From Phycisphaerales bacterium (GTDB taxonomy: Bacteria > Planctomycetota > Phycisphaerae > WQYP01): 64,000 nucleotides of DNA. The stretch covers positions 84,711 to 148,710 of the forward strand of contig DAIDJN010000040.1 in assembly GCA_027451365.1 (NCBI GenBank), in the 5' to 3' direction. How positions within the stretch are numbered: the stretch's first letter is position 1; each line of letters begins with the position of its first letter. Below are positions 10,753 through 22,132 of this stretch, piece after piece. A program made the position numbers and the translations under genes. The notes below the pieces were generated by a model. It had not been told where the DNA came from and did not search any database. It saw nothing but the letters and a program-made list of their open reading frames with translations.

Positions 10753-11787
10753 TCAGGCGCTTAACCAGGCGGCCAGCAGGTCGCGTGTTGCGTGCAGATC
10801 GTCCTTGTGGGTCATTTCCGTGACGGTGTGAATGTATCGCGTGGGAATACTGAGTGTAATGGTTTTCATGCCCGCGCCGCTGCGCTGCATGGCGCCGGCG
10901 TCGGTGCCGCCCATGGGCAAAATTTCAAGCTGGTACTTTATTTTTTCATCGCGCGCAACTTTCACGAACTGATCCACAAGTCCATGATCGCTGATTGACG
11001 CGCCATCCATGACTTTAATTCCGACGCCTTCGCCGGCGCGGGTAACCGCCTGGTCGTCCGGTATGCCGGGTGTATCGCAAGCCAAGGTGGTATCCAGGGC
11101 GATGGAAATGTCCGGCTCCAGGCCAAAAGTGGCCGGCCCGGCACCGCGCAGACCGACTTCTTCCTGCACGGTAAATGCAACGGCGATTTGATAGCGAGAT
11201 TTCTTCACCCGCTGCATGGCCCGCACGGCGGCCCAGACGGCCGCACGGTTATCCATTGCCTGCCCGCACACAAAATCGCCTATCTGGCTGAACGGCTTGA
11301 CCAGTGTCACCGGGTCGCCGACGCGAACCAGGTCGCGTACTTTTTTTGCGGCCAGACCGGTATCCACAACGAAATCACTTACCAGAAATATCTTTTTCCG
11401 ATCCTCTTCCGTGGCAATATGAATCGGCTTGCCGCCGGGGTTCAGCACGCCGGAAATATCTTTGCGGCCCTGTATCAGGACGGTGTTGGCCGCCAGATTT
11501 CGTGTATCAAACCCGCCCGCGTTGTGCACGCGAATGAAACCTTTGTCATCAATGTGCCGCACATAAAAGCCGATTTGGTCCATGTGGGCGGCGATCATCA
11601 CGCGCGGCGGTTTTTCGCCGGCGGTGGCCTTTGTGGCATGACGCAGGCAGATCAGATTGCCCATCGCGTCGACACGGGTTTCATCAAACAGACCGGCGAT
11701 TTCGTTCTGTACCACCGCCCGAACACGCTCTTCGCGGCCCGGCACGCCTGGTGTTTCCGTCAACAGTTTGAGAAATTCCACAGCCAT
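10753..11787 (-). CDS. M42 family metallo-aminopeptidase
   Basis: Motifs AAHMDQIG, MDNR, VQEEVGLRGA, GGTDAG and PTRYIH. Confidence 0.95.
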   Translation of the reverse strand: MAVEFLKLLTETPGVPGREERVRAVVQNEIAGLFDETRVDAMGNLICLRHATKATAGEKPPRVMIAAHMDQIGFYVRHIDDKGFIRVHNAGGFDTRNLAANTVLIQGRKDISGVLNPGGKPIHIATEEDRKKIFLVSDFVVDTGLAAKKVRDLVRVGDPVTLVKPFSQIGDFVCGQAMDNRAAVWAAVRAMQRVKKSRYQIAVAFTVQEEVGLRGAGPATFGLEPDISIALDTTLACDTPGIPDDQAVTRAGEGVGIKVMDGASISDHGLVDQFVKVARDEKIKYQLEILPMGGTDAGAMQRSGAGMKTITLSIPTRYIHTVTEMTHKDDLHATRDLLAAWLSA

Positions 11788-11921
11788 GACTCCTGCGCAT
11801 TAGACCGCCTCCCCGCCGGCACCAATGCCGGACGGAAAAGACCGTTTGCCACAAGGGCATTATCGGGCCTGACGGGAAATTGGCAAACGGCTTGCGGCCG
11901 TGGTGGCGCTGGCGCGTCGGG

Positions 11922-12857
11922 TTAAAGTTTGACCGCGGCAATCAGATCTCGCACATGCTGCACGGATCCGTCAAACAGTCGCTTCTCATCAGTTGTGAGT
12001 TTGACTTCAAGAATCTGTTCAACGCCGCGGGTGCCGAGTTTCACCGGGACACCAACAAAATAGCCGCCGACGCCATATTCCTTATCGCAATACGCGGCAC
12101 AGGGCAGAACACGTTTTTTGTCGCGGATAATGGCTTCCGCCATTTGTACAGCCGCGGCGGACGGGGCGTAATAGGCCGACCCGGTTTTCAGGAGATTCAT
12201 AATTTCGGCACCGCCGGCGCGGGTGCGCTTGACGATTGCCTCAATTTTTTCGGCGGACATAAGTTCCGGCAGCGGAATGCCGCCCACGCTGGTGTACCGC
12301 GGCAGGGGAACCATGTCATCACCGTGGCCGCCCATCAACAGTGCCTGTACATCTTCCACGCTTACGTCCAGTTCCGCCGCAATGAAGCTGCGGTAGCGGG
12401 CGGTATCCAGTACGCCGGCCATTCCGACCACGCGGTGCGCGGGAAAGCCGCTGGCTTTGTGTGCCACATAAACCATCGCATCCAGTGGATTGGAAACCAC
12501 CACCAGCACGCTGTTCGGAGAGGCCGCGGCGACCTGCTGGGCCACTGATTTTACAATTTCCGTGTTTTTCGGGAGCAGGTCGTCGCGGCTCATTCCCGGT
12601 TTGCGGGCCAAACCTGCCGTGATAATGACCACATCGCTGTCACGCGTGGCGTCATAGCTCGTGGCACCGGTAATGCGGGCATCATAATCTTCAATCGGGG
12701 CGGCCTCGGCCAAGTCCAGGGCTTTTCCCTGTGGCACGCCATCAATCTGCGGTATATCCACCAGAACCACATCGCCAAGTTCCTTGGCCGCGGCCCAGTG
12801 TGCGCTGGTTGCACCCACATTGCCGGCCCCAATAATGCTGATCTTCGCTCTTTTCAT
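11922..12857 (-). CDS. mdh: Malate dehydrogenase (LDH-like)
   Basis: Motifs [40 protein letters not shown] and GSAYYAP. Confidence 0.97.
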   Translation of the reverse strand: MKRAKISIIGAGNVGATSAHWAAAKELGDVVLVDIPQIDGVPQGKALDLAEAAPIEDYDARITGATSYDATRDSDVVIITAGLARKPGMSRDDLLPKNTEIVKSVAQQVAAASPNSVLVVVSNPLDAMVYVAHKASGFPAHRVVGMAGVLDTARYRSFIAAELDVSVEDVQALLMGGHGDDMVPLPRYTSVGGIPLPELMSAEKIEAIVKRTRAGGAEIMNLLKTGSAYYAPSAAAVQMAEAIIRDKKRVLPCAAYCDKEYGVGGYFVGVPVKLGTRGVEQILEVKLTTDEKRLFDGSVQHVRDLIAAVKL

Positions 12858-13035
12858 ATTCCGACCTTTCATTGGTTGAATTCGCAGCTTGTTTCCAGCG
12901 GCAAACCAGTGTCACCGCACGGGAATGTTGTAAGCTATCCGCAGCCGGCGTGCAATCCTTCAATCCGGGAATGTCGAATGTCGCCAATCTGGCGCGGCGA
13001 TTCATATTTATTGCTTCCGATGGTACATTAACGGA

Positions 13036-14175
13036 ATGATGCGCGGTGCTGAAAAGACAACTCCTGCCTCCGGCCAGCCGGGCGTGCAAGTCGCGGTACT
13101 TCCCGTGGCCCGTCGGCCATGTCGAATCGGCCCATTTGACCTGGCAATTCCGGCCATGCAGGCGGGACTGGCTGGTTATAGCGATATGGCCATGCGCGTG
13201 GTCGCCCGCAGGCGGGGCTGTCCCTATGCGGTCACCGAAGCATTGCTGGACCGCGTCCTGCTCAAGGGCGGTCGTGGTCTGGAAAAAGGGGCGATTCTCT
13301 GCGATGCCGACCACCCGGTCGCGGGCCAGCTTATGGGCAGCGAAGCGGATGAACTGGCCGCGGCGGCCGGAATTCTATTGGACGCGGGCTTTGACGCTAT
13401 CGATTTGAATTTCGCCTGCCCAGTCCGCAAGGTAATGGGCCGGTGCCGGGGCGGGTATCTGCTCAGTGACCCGGAACAGGCCATCCAAATAATGCGCCGC
13501 GTTCGCGATAAAGTGTCCGGTCCGCTGACCATTAAACTGCGGCGGGCATTGGATGAATCCGCGCAGGCGGCGGACTGGTTTGCCATGATTTTTTCGGAAG
13601 CTGTGAAGCTGCAATTCGCAGCCATTGCCGTTCATGGCCGCACGGTGGAACAGAAATATACCGGCAGGGCGAATTGGGAATTCCTGCGACAGTTGAAGGC
13701 GGGGAATCCCGAAACAGTGATTTTCGGCAGCGGGGATGTGTTTTCGGCCCAGGATGCCCTTGGCATGTATCAGCAGACCGGCCTGGATGGTATCTGGGTG
13801 GCGCGTGGGGCAATCGGCAACCCGTGGATATTTTCCGAATTTGCCGCGCTGGTGCAGGGTAAGCCGCTGCCCGACCCGCCGACCCTTCTGGCACAAAAAG
13901 AGGCGCTCCTGGAGCATTTCGGTCTGGCGGTAGAGATTTACGGCGAGGAATCCGCGTCGCGGCAGATGCGAAAAATCGGCATTAAATATTCACGGTTGCA
14001 TCCGGCCGGAGCCGAAGTATGGCGGCGATTCATCGCCGTGCGTTCCCATGCCGACTGGCTGGCGGTGCTGGATGAATTCTACGGCACTGACGGCCCGGGC
14101 CAGCGGACCGCCAGCGTGGCCGATGCGCAGGATTTATACAAGGATTGCGCAGCCGGCGCGGGGGTTTTGTCTTGA
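13036..14175 (+). CDS. dusB: tRNA-dihydrouridine synthase (DusB-like)
   Basis: Motifs IDLNFACP, VHGRT, GSGDV and ARGAIGNPWIF. Confidence 0.9.
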   Translation: MMRGAEKTTPASGQPGVQVAVLPVARRPCRIGPFDLAIPAMQAGLAGYSDMAMRVVARRRGCPYAVTEALLDRVLLKGGRGLEKGAILCDADHPVAGQLMGSEADELAAAAGILLDAGFDAIDLNFACPVRKVMGRCRGGYLLSDPEQAIQIMRRVRDKVSGPLTIKLRRALDESAQAADWFAMIFSEAVKLQFAAIAVHGRTVEQKYTGRANWEFLRQLKAGNPETVIFGSGDVFSAQDALGMYQQTGLDGIWVARGAIGNPWIFSEFAALVQGKPLPDPPTLLAQKEALLEHFGLAVEIYGEESASRQMRKIGIKYSRLHPAGAEVWRRFIAVRSHADWLAVLDEFYGTDGPGQRTASVADAQDLYKDCAAGAGVLS

Positions 14176-15230
14176 ATTCTGAACCTATTGAGTTAAAAGA
14201 GAATGCACATATATTGATTGTAAAACCAAGTTCCCTGGGGGATATTGCCACCGCCCTTCCGCTGCTGTGCGACATCAAGGCCCGGTTTCCCGAAAGCCGA
14301 GTGGACTGGCTGGTTCAGCCGGTGTTTGCGGACCTGGTCCGCGGCCATGATGCCATCAACCGGGTTATTCTTTTTGATCGGGCGAAAATTTCCCGCTGCT
14401 GGCGCTCCGTTGACGGGCACATCGAATTTCGCGGGCTGTATCGCCAGCTTCGCCAGACGCCCTACCAACTGGCGATCGACGCCCAGGGGTTGTTCCGATC
14501 CAGTCTGCTATGCCGGTTAAGCGGTGCCCCCCAGCGCATCGGCTTTGCCGATGCACGCGAAGGGGCGACGCGATTTTACACCCATCGGGTCGACATATCC
14601 CGTGATCGGGAACTTGCCGTGGTGCGAATGCGGCACCTGTTTTCGCCGCTGGGAACACCCCCTGCGCGGGCGGAATTCCGTATGCCGGTGCGGCCCGCGG
14701 CGCGTGATAAAATCAGGTTTCTTCTGCCAGTTGGCCGTCGCATTGCCGTGGTTATTCCCGGCGCGCGGTGGCACGCAAAAAGGTGGTCGGAATTGGGCTA
14801 TGTGGAAATTGTCCGCAAGCTGGAAGCCGCCGGCCTTTTTGTGGTGGTGACCGGCAGCCCGACGGAAAAAGACCTCTGTGCGCAGGTTGCCGCCGGCGGG
14901 GCAGCAACTCTGAATCTGGCCGGAGAGTCAAGCCTGGCGGAAATGGTGGCCCTTATCGCTGCGGCAAATATTCTGGTTGGCAACGACAGCGGGCCACTGC
15001 ATGTGGCCGCAGCGCTGGGCACACCGCTGGTGGGACTGTATGGTCCGACGGATCCGGCTTCCGTCGGTCCTTATGGCCAGATGGACCATGTCCTGCGGTT
15101 TGATGACATTGGCGACTATCGCGACAACACGCTGGACCGCAGCCAATCATTAAAACGCCTGCCCGTTGAAACCGTGTGGAATCTGGTCTGGGCATTGCTG
15201 ACCGCTGGCAATTCGACGGAGCAATTATGA
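14172..15230 (+). CDS. Glycosyltransferase family 9 (LPS heptosyltransferase WaaC/WaaF-like)
   Basis: Motifs KPSSLGD, IDAQGLFRS, GNDSGPLHVAAALGTP and LYGPTDP. TTG start overlaps the dus stop. Confidence 0.92.
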   Translation: MNSEPIELKENAHILIVKPSSLGDIATALPLLCDIKARFPESRVDWLVQPVFADLVRGHDAINRVILFDRAKISRCWRSVDGHIEFRGLYRQLRQTPYQLAIDAQGLFRSSLLCRLSGAPQRIGFADAREGATRFYTHRVDISRDRELAVVRMRHLFSPLGTPPARAEFRMPVRPAARDKIRFLLPVGRRIAVVIPGARWHAKRWSELGYVEIVRKLEAAGLFVVVTGSPTEKDLCAQVAAGGAATLNLAGESSLAEMVALIAAANILVGNDSGPLHVAAALGTPLVGLYGPTDPASVGPYGQMDHVLRFDDIGDYRDNTLDRSQSLKRLPVETVWNLVWALLTAGNSTEQL

Positions 15231-15904
15231 AACACCAATCGCAGACGCGGGTCAGTCATCCGGGTGGGGTAACACGTGTGGCGTTGACATGCCCATTGGT
15301 GCTGGCCAGCGCATCGCCACGACGCGCAGACCTGCTTGAGCGCGCAGGTTATCGTTTTTCTGTGATCGCCAGTCCCGTGTCAGAGCCGGCGAGGCGACCT
15401 TCCAGCGTACCGCTGCGACTGTGGCCGGCCTGCGTGGCCGGTATAAAGGCCCAAGCCGTCGCTGCAAAATTAAAATCGCATACCTTGGTCATTGGTGCGG
15501 ACACCATTGTGACACTCGGCGGGCAGATTATTAACAAGGCCCGGAATCGGCATCACGCCAGGGAAATCCTTTTGCGACTTTCCGGACGGGAGCATCAGAT
15601 ATTAACCGGATTGGCGCTGTTTTCCGACGGCCATTGCCGCTTCGCGACCGCGGTTTCAATCTGCCGCATGAAAAAACTTTCCCGAACATGGCTGAATGCC
15701 TATCTGGATTCCGGCCTGTGGCGCGGCAAAGCTGGCGCGTATGGCATTCAGGACGATCTTGCCAATGGGGCCGGCGGCAAAGATCCGATCATCAGACTTT
15801 TGCATGGCGAATGGTCCAATGTAGTCGGCCTTCCCATGAATCTGCTGGCACAGGAAATGGCTCTGATGAAACAGGACATTCAAGACAAGGATGCCAAATT
15901 ATGA
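15227..15904 (+). CDS. maf: Maf-family nucleoside triphosphate pyrophosphatase
   Basis: Motifs [23 protein letters not shown] and SNVVGLP. ATGA overlaps at both ends. Confidence 0.95.
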   Translation: MKHQSQTRVSHPGGVTRVALTCPLVLASASPRRADLLERAGYRFSVIASPVSEPARRPSSVPLRLWPACVAGIKAQAVAAKLKSHTLVIGADTIVTLGGQIINKARNRHHAREILLRLSGREHQILTGLALFSDGHCRFATAVSICRMKKLSRTWLNAYLDSGLWRGKAGAYGIQDDLANGAGGKDPIIRLLHGEWSNVVGLPMNLLAQEMALMKQDIQDKDAKL

Positions 15905-16215
15905 TTCGCAAAGCATTTATCATGGCGGTTCACCCTGAAGCGCACATGGAGTACCAGCGGCGGCATAATCCGGTCTGGCAGGAGCTTCTGGACACGCTTA
16001 AAAACCATGGCGTGCATAATTATTCCATTTTTCTGGACGCCCGCACCAGCTCGCTCTTCGGCTATGTGGAAATTGAGGATGAAAGCCGCTGGCGGGCGAT
16101 TGCCGCCACGCCGGTCTGTCAACGCTGGTGGAAGCAAATGGCGGACATTATGCCGCATCACACCGATAACAGCCCGGTTTCGACCGAGCTTAAAGAAGTG
16201 TTTCATCTGGATTGA
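15901..16215 (+). CDS. rhaM: L-rhamnose mutarotase
   Basis: [10 protein letters not shown]...[10 protein letters not shown]...HNYSIFLD...[12 protein letters not shown]...LKEVFHL. Confidence 0.95.
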   Translation: MIRKAFIMAVHPEAHMEYQRRHNPVWQELLDTLKNHGVHNYSIFLDARTSSLFGYVEIEDESRWRAIAATPVCQRWWKQMADIMPHHTDNSPVSTELKEVFHLD

Positions 16216-16229
16216 TCCGGCAGGCGTCG

Positions 16230-16985
16230 CTATGCCGTGCGCAAATCGTCCATAACGATTCCGGCCAGGCCTTCTTTTCCTTCCGCGGTCAGCCAGACTC
16301 GCGAGACATCCGCATTGGCATCAAGCCAGCTGAGTTGTCGCAAGTAAATCAGGGCGGTTTGCAGGCGAGCTTGATCGCTTTCTATGCTGGTGATCAGATC
16401 TGCCACCAGCGAGCCGCGGCTGCGGCCGGAAAGTTGAATCAGAATATTGGCCGCGGTCAGTTTATCCACCGCCCGGGTTAAATGATCCAGCAGTTCTTTC
16501 TGTGGCCATGCCCGGACAACCATTTTTGGGCCAATCAGCAGGGGCCGCACAAACCATTTGTCCGCGGGAATATCATTCATGTCGCCAAGCTGCATTCCCA
16601 GGAACCCCATGCTGGTCAGATCGGTTGCGGTCTGGCTGACGGATGTAATCTGTTTGCCTTCGTTGTCTGTGCGTATTAATTCCGCTTCCGGAGTGACATT
16701 GTATTTTTCCCGCAGATACATCAGCGGCAGCAGAATCGCGGAAAACAACAGCACAAAAAAAAGCCACCAGATATGGGGCCACCCATGATAACCCCAGGTT
16801 AGAACATTATTGGCAAAATAAAACAGCGTGCCTAACACCACCGGGCCGAGAAAAGACAAGGGTATTCCCGCGCCCAGAAGAATCATGATCTGGGTGCGTA
16901 TCGCCTTGTGGCGGCTTTCCATGGCCGTAAGAACGATCGGTACCGCGGAATGCACGGATGCTGAAACTGGCACATTGTCGGTCAT
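16230..16985 (-). CDS. Hypothetical membrane protein (2 TM helices, possible C-terminal winged helix)
   Basis: 251-aa ORF with two hydrophobic segments, ending in a wHTH-like ...VWLTAEGKE. Confidence 0.7.
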   Translation of the reverse strand: MTDNVPVSASVHSAVPIVLTAMESRHKAIRTQIMILLGAGIPLSFLGPVVLGTLFYFANNVLTWGYHGWPHIWWLFFVLLFSAILLPLMYLREKYNVTPEAELIRTDNEGKQITSVSQTATDLTSMGFLGMQLGDMNDIPADKWFVRPLLIGPKMVVRAWPQKELLDHLTRAVDKLTAANILIQLSGRSRGSLVADLITSIESDQARLQTALIYLRQLSWLDANADVSRVWLTAEGKEGLAGIVMDDLRTA

Positions 16986-17029
16986 GAAATCACACTATCT
17001 GTGGTATCGAGTTCCGTTGAAGCCTTCAG

Positions 17030-18160
17030 TTACAGCTTAGGCCGGGCCGACAGGCGTGCACGTCCCGCGGCTATCAGCACTGCGGCGGTCATGAAAATCG
17101 CCAGGCTCTCCGGTTCGGGTGTAGGAATGCCGAAAGCATTTAATGTGTCATTGGCGGCTGCGGCGGCCAAATAAGAATCGGCAGCGGTGGTTGGGTGCAA
17201 TCCGTCCCAGAACAGATACTGGTCCGGATTGACCGACTTGCCCTGTGCGGGCGCAGTCAAATTCGTAAAGCCATATGCGGCAGGATCGGCGGTCAAACTT
17301 GCAAAAAGTGCGTTGACATCCACCTGAATAATTTTAATTCCCGGCGACGCGGTTTCCAACGTAGAAATATCGGCGGCCTGCTGGGTGTTATAGGTGTTTG
17401 TGGCACTCGCGATGGCTGCAGAAAGCGGTGATCCCGCGCCTTGCGGCGTGGCGGCCAGCGGCGGCAGGTTAAACCACAGGAAATACTTTCCGCCGCGACT
17501 CGTCAAGTCTGAAATGTAGCCGGCAATATTATTCGCCGCCGTGGTGCCCGCGGTTATAACCGAGGCCGCGGTGGCGCCGGTTGTTGACGCGGCGTTCAGA
17601 ATATCATTGGCGCCGCCCCAGAAGGCATATAACGAATTGGCACTGATCGATGTGCCGGGGGAAAATTGTGATTCAAATGCGGAAACTTCCGTGCTCATTC
17701 CAGCCTGAAACTGTCCTGCGGAAGTATTCACGACAGTGTTCCCGGTGACCGCACCGGCTACCGCAAAATTCGTTCCGCCGGGATTAAGCGAATAGCCGCC
17801 GGTGAACAGGTAGTCGGCCAGAAAACCAGTGGACATGGCAGGAACCGGACTTGGTAGCCCCAGGTCGGTGGTGAATTGCTGATCCCATAGCCCAAGTTTA
17901 GTGGTGGATGGTGATGTGTTGGCCCCATCGGTAAATTCGCCCGGCGCATAATTTGGTGGTGCAGGAATATAAGAGCTGTAGCTTGGATAATTGGCCAGCA
18001 GATTTGCCAGGTTGCCCGTATCGGAAAGGCTGTCGCCGAAGACCACCATCTGATTCACCGGCAAAATCGGAGCGGCCGCAGCCTGTATGGGCGAGGCAAC
18101 CGCCGCGCTAACCACCGCGATTGCGGCCAGAGTCATAAGTTTCAGGTGTCGTGGTTTCAT
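17030..18160 (-). CDS. Secreted SGNH/GDSL esterase with PEP-CTERM sorting signal
   Basis: Signal peptide and motifs FGDSLSD, NFAVAGA, GANDI and FWDGLHPT. C-terminal TPEP is followed by a hydrophobic helix and basic tail. Confidence 0.92.
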   Translation of the reverse strand: MKPRHLKLMTLAAIAVVSAAVASPIQAAAAPILPVNQMVVFGDSLSDTGNLANLLANYPSYSSYIPAPPNYAPGEFTDGANTSPSTTKLGLWDQQFTTDLGLPSPVPAMSTGFLADYLFTGGYSLNPGGTNFAVAGAVTGNTVVNTSAGQFQAGMSTEVSAFESQFSPGTSISANSLYAFWGGANDILNAASTTGATAASVITAGTTAANNIAGYISDLTSRGGKYFLWFNLPPLAATPQGAGSPLSAAIASATNTYNTQQAADISTLETASPGIKIIQVDVNALFASLTADPAAYGFTNLTAPAQGKSVNPDQYLFWDGLHPTTAADSYLAAAAANDTLNAFGIPTPEPESLAIFMTAAVLIAAGRARLSARPKL

Positions 18161-18600
18161 ATCGGCATGTCCTCGGGTTGTCTACCGGTTTTGTATTCAG
18201 CTAGGCTATCGTAGCCGTTGCCCCAGCCCCAGACAAGACACCCGCCCCTGAAGAACTGGGCTGGCGCAATCGATTTTTCCGGTGGATTGCAAATCGCCCA
18301 AAGATCGCGGCTGATTTCAATGGATTGCGTTCGACGATTGGCCAGCCACAGTCAATTTCAACGAACCGTTCCGCAGGCTTTTGGCAAATTTCCACAGAAT
18401 TTGGAGCAGCGTAATTCTTGCCCGACGAGCCGTAAAATTGAATGCGCCAGCCATAGCAAATATACTCGCCGATGACGGCCTGCAATTGCGGGCTCTGTGG
18501 CAGAATGGGCCGGGTCAATGCCTATCCGCCTGGAGATTAAAAATCCGCAACGGAGAAATCCGATTTGGAACCAGAGCCGCATGGTAGAGTAGCCGTGGCT

Positions 18601-21600
18601 ATGCAGAACGCCCTGCACCCTTCCCAGGCCGCGCCTGCGCGTCAGGTCGGCTTGCCGATCGCGATTGAATCGCCGGCAACGGTTTCCGAACCTGATGCGG
18701 TCACGATAGCCGCGGACTTGCTTCGACTACATGCTGGCGAACTGTATGCCGACGCCCATCATCGTATGCTGTATTCCACAGATGCTTCTTTGTATCAGGT
18801 CCAGCCGCTGGGCGTGGTGATGCCAAAGGATACGGCGGCCGTCGAAACCATTGTGGATTACTGCGCGCGGCGGCACATTGCGATTCTGCCCCGCGGCGGG
18901 GGCACCAGTCTGGCCGGCCAGTGTACCAATCGGGCGCTGGTCGTGGATATGACACCCCATTTCCGCAGAATTATGTCTGTCGATGTGGCAGGACGGACCT
19001 GCCTGGTGGAACCGGGCATCGGTATTGATGAACTTAATCAGCAGCTTGAGGCGGGTCGCACGGGACTGTTTTTTGCACCCGATCCGGCCACTCTGGCCCA
19101 GGCCAGTGTCGGCGGTTGCATTGGCAATAACGCCGCGGGGGCAAGGTCTATTCGCTACGGCCGCACCAGTGAAAACCTGGAAGGTTTGGAGGTTATTTTG
19201 TCCGCCCGTGGACGGATATGGCTGAAGGCCGGTGCGGGCGCCGCATCGGCGATGGCAGCCGATCTTTCCCGTCGTGTGGCGCGGGTGGTACGCGACCATG
19301 CGCGTGATATTCGCCAGCGGTATCCGAAATTAATCCGCCGCAATGCGGGCTACGCGCTGGACAGTATTCTGGCTCAGCTTGATGCGTGCGTTCCGGATGA
19401 CCAGTTGAATCTTGCAGGATTGATCTGCGGAAGTGAAGGCACGCTGGCGATGATTACCGCCGCCCGTCTGAAACTTTGTCCCGTACCGGTGGCGCGCGGT
19501 TTGGCGGTCGCCGCATTTGCCGATGTGGAGGCGGCCATTGCGGCAGTGGAACCGATTTTGGAAACGCAGCCCAGCGCGGTGGAACTGCTGGATGACGCGG
19601 TCATTCTGGCTGCCGCCGGCAACACCACCTGCAAGCCGTATCTGGACCGGCTTCCGCTTGCCGGCAAAGGCATGCCGCACGCTGTTCTTTATGTGGAATA
19701 TGAAGCAATTGAAACCGCCAGCGAACTTGACCGGCGATTTAAGGAACTAACCGGGCTGCTGGGAGCGGCTGGCGTTAAGACGTATACCGGTGCCCGCGAA
19801 ATGGCGGATGCGTGGGCACTCCGGCGATCCAGTGAAGCGCTGTTGCATGGCCTGCCGGGAAATCGCAAGCCTGTCACGTTTGTGGAGGATAATTCCGTTC
19901 CCGTTGGGCGACTTGGTGAATTTGTGCGGGAATTCAAAAATATTGTGAGGCGGCACGGAACCCAGGCCGCGTTTTATGCCCATGCCTCTGTCGGGGTGTT
20001 GCACATCCGTCCCATGCTGGACCTGCACAGCGATCGGGACCGCGAAAAAATGCGGGCAATTGCCATTGAGGCCGCGGCGTTGGCGAAAAACTGCGGCGGA
20101 GTTATGTCCGGTGAACATGGCGACGGCCGCGCTCGCGGGCCGCTGCTGGAAACGTTTTACGGGCCGGAACTGATACGGGCTTTTAAACAGATCAAGGAAA
20201 TTTTTGATCCTGCTGGCATTTTTAATCCAGGTATGATTGTCGATACGTTACCGTTGGAAGGAATGACTTCGCACTTGCGTGTGGACGCACAACCCGGGAT
20301 GGATAACCTTGCAAAAATTCCGACTTTTTACCGTTATCCGGGCGAACACGGCTTTGCGCAGGCTGTTGAACTCTGCAATGGCGCCGGATTCTGCCGCAGA
20401 CGATCGGGTGGAACCATGTGTCCATCCTATCGAGCGACATTGGATGAACGGCATTCCACGCGCGGCAGAGCCAATGCCATTCGCATGGCGGTCGCCGGTA
20501 ACGACACGCCTGGCCGGCATCCGAACTGGCATGACTTACCGACACTGGCCACACTCGACCTTTGCCTTGGCTGCAAGGCCTGCCGTACCGAATGCCCCAG
20601 CAGTGTGGATATTGCGCAGTTAAAGGCGGAATATTTGGCGCAGCATTACCGCGGTGGTGACCCATCCGCCGAAGCGCTGTTGCTGGCTAATTATCGTCTT
20701 TTCGCCCGCATGGGGGCCGCACTGCCGACTGTCGTGAACCGTCTGTCCGCGACCGCGCCAGTGCGCAGATTCCTGACGCGGCGGGGGGGTATGGCGCCGC
20801 AGCGGACATTACCGCGGTTTTCCCGATCGCTTTTTCAACTTGCAAATCGGCAACGGCGCCGGTTTTCTGACCAGAGTCCGGCGGACGAACGCCGCATTGT
20901 ATTTTTTGGCGACTGCTTCACGGCGTATCACGATTCGGGGCTGGGACTGGCGGCGATTCGGGTCATTGAAAAACTAGGCTATCGGCTGCACCTGGCGAAT
21001 GCCGGCTGTTGCGGCCGGGTCCTGATTTCCAACGGCCTTCTGGAACAGGCTGTGGCGACCATCGGACCGACATTGTCGTTTCTGGCTGCTATGGCCGCCG
21101 ATTCGCGCGTGGAGGCGATTCTGGTTTCCGAACCATCGTGCTTCAGCGCCATGGTCGACGATTGGCGCAAACTGCGTCACATCGGGCCGCCTGGAACGCT
21201 TGATGCGGTTCTGGAAAAACTTATGTGCGTGGAGGATTTTGTACAGCGGAACTGGAATCGGCATCCGAGGCCGCCAGCCTTGCGCGGCCGCGGCGCGCCG
21301 GCGCTGTTCCATGGACATTGCCATCAGAAAGCATTGTGGGGTATTGGAGAAACCGTCGAGTTGCTGACCCGCGTGTGCGGCGACGGACTGGTGACGCTGC
21401 CCACCGGCTGCTGCGGCATGGCCGGTGCCTTCGGCTACCGTCAAGAGCATTATGATGTATCCATGAACATATTTGCACAGTGTGAATTTGATCCGATCCG
21501 TCAGGCCGGCCCGCAGACGCTGCTTCTGGCCAGTGGAATCAGTTGCCGCGACCAAATTCGCCACGCCACCGGGCGGCAGGCTATTCACCCGATTCAACTT

Positions 21601-21639
21601 CTGGATCAGATGTTGACAGATAATATGCCGGCAAGCTGA
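18601..21639 (+). CDS. FAD-binding/4Fe-4S/CCG-domain oxidoreductase (GlcD-GlcF/Dld-II-like fusion)
   Basis: Motifs YSTDASLY, PRGGGTSLAGQ, GSEGTL, SGEHGDG, CLGCKACRTECP, CCG and HGHCHQKA. Confidence 0.92.
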   Translation: MQNALHPSQAAPARQVGLPIAIESPATVSEPDAVTIAADLLRLHAGELYADAHHRMLYSTDASLYQVQPLGVVMPKDTAAVETIVDYCARRHIAILPRGGGTSLAGQCTNRALVVDMTPHFRRIMSVDVAGRTCLVEPGIGIDELNQQLEAGRTGLFFAPDPATLAQASVGGCIGNNAAGARSIRYGRTSENLEGLEVILSARGRIWLKAGAGAASAMAADLSRRVARVVRDHARDIRQRYPKLIRRNAGYALDSILAQLDACVPDDQLNLAGLICGSEGTLAMITAARLKLCPVPVARGLAVAAFADVEAAIAAVEPILETQPSAVELLDDAVILAAAGNTTCKPYLDRLPLAGKGMPHAVLYVEYEAIETASELDRRFKELTGLLGAAGVKTYTGAREMADAWALRRSSEALLHGLPGNRKPVTFVEDNSVPVGRLGEFVREFKNIVRRHGTQAAFYAHASVGVLHIRPMLDLHSDRDREKMRAIAIEAAALAKNCGGVMSGEHGDGRARGPLLETFYGPELIRAFKQIKEIFDPAGIFNPGMIVDTLPLEGMTSHLRVDAQPGMDNLAKIPTFYRYPGEHGFAQAVELCNGAGFCRRRSGGTMCPSYRATLDERHSTRGRANAIRMAVAGNDTPGRHPNWHDLPTLATLDLCLGCKACRTECPSSVDIAQLKAEYLAQHYRGGDPSAEALLLANYRLFARMGAALPTVVNRLSATAPVRRFLTRRGGMAPQRTLPRFSRSLFQLANRQRRRFSDQSPADERRIVFFGDCFTAYHDSGLGLAAIRVIEKLGYRLHLANAGCCGRVLISNGLLEQAVATIGPTLSFLAAMAADSRVEAILVSEPSCFSAMVDDWRKLRHIGPPGTLDAVLEKLMCVEDFVQRNWNRHPRPPALRGRGAPALFHGHCHQKALWGIGETVELLTRVCGDGLVTLPTGCCGMAGAFGYRQEHYDVSMNIFAQCEFDPIRQAGPQTLLLASGISCRDQIRHATGRQAIHPIQLLDQMLTDNMPAS

Positions 21640-21848
21640 TGGAAAACAGAGGCGATGATTTGTGGACCTTCCGCGACGGGGCGGTGCCCTGCAACTGCCT
21701 GCCGGCGGGTATTGCGGCGATACTCATTGTAGAAGAAATATTGCGAGCGGTGAGTTGGCCGGAGTCAGCCCAGATGGTATGATAATCTCTCCAAACCGCG
21801 CCAATGCCGCAGCAATTAGGGCATTTGCGGGGAAAAGCGATACTTGCC

Positions 21849-21920
21849 GCCGACGTAGCTCAATGGCAGAGCAACGGTTTTGTAAACCGTAGGTTGCGCG
21901 TTCGACTCGCGCCGTCGGCT
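21849..21920 (+). tRNA. tRNA-Thr(TGT)
   Basis: Acceptor stem GCCGACG/CGTCGGC, anticodon arm ACGGT-TTTGTAA-ACCGT and T-loop GTTCGAC. CCA not encoded. Confidence 0.95.
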
Positions 21921-22132
21921 TGTCACCTTTAACCGGTAAAAAGTTATACTTTGCGCTGCCCCTTCCGGAGTGGAATGAATTCGCACTTGGCGAGGTGGGC
22001 GGGCCGCTGCTTTCATTCTGGCTCAAAGCCGGTCAGGATACAACAAATCTGTTGGCCGAATGAAAGGATTGCGATTGCGATTCAGAGTGTTTTTTAACCA
22101 AAGCGTGCGAACCTAAGGAATAGAGAGGTTGA

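Noticed and set aside
21921..22130. Island integration at tRNA-Thr (or at tRNA-Asn)
   Set aside because: No integrase or duplicated tRNA 3' end was seen.
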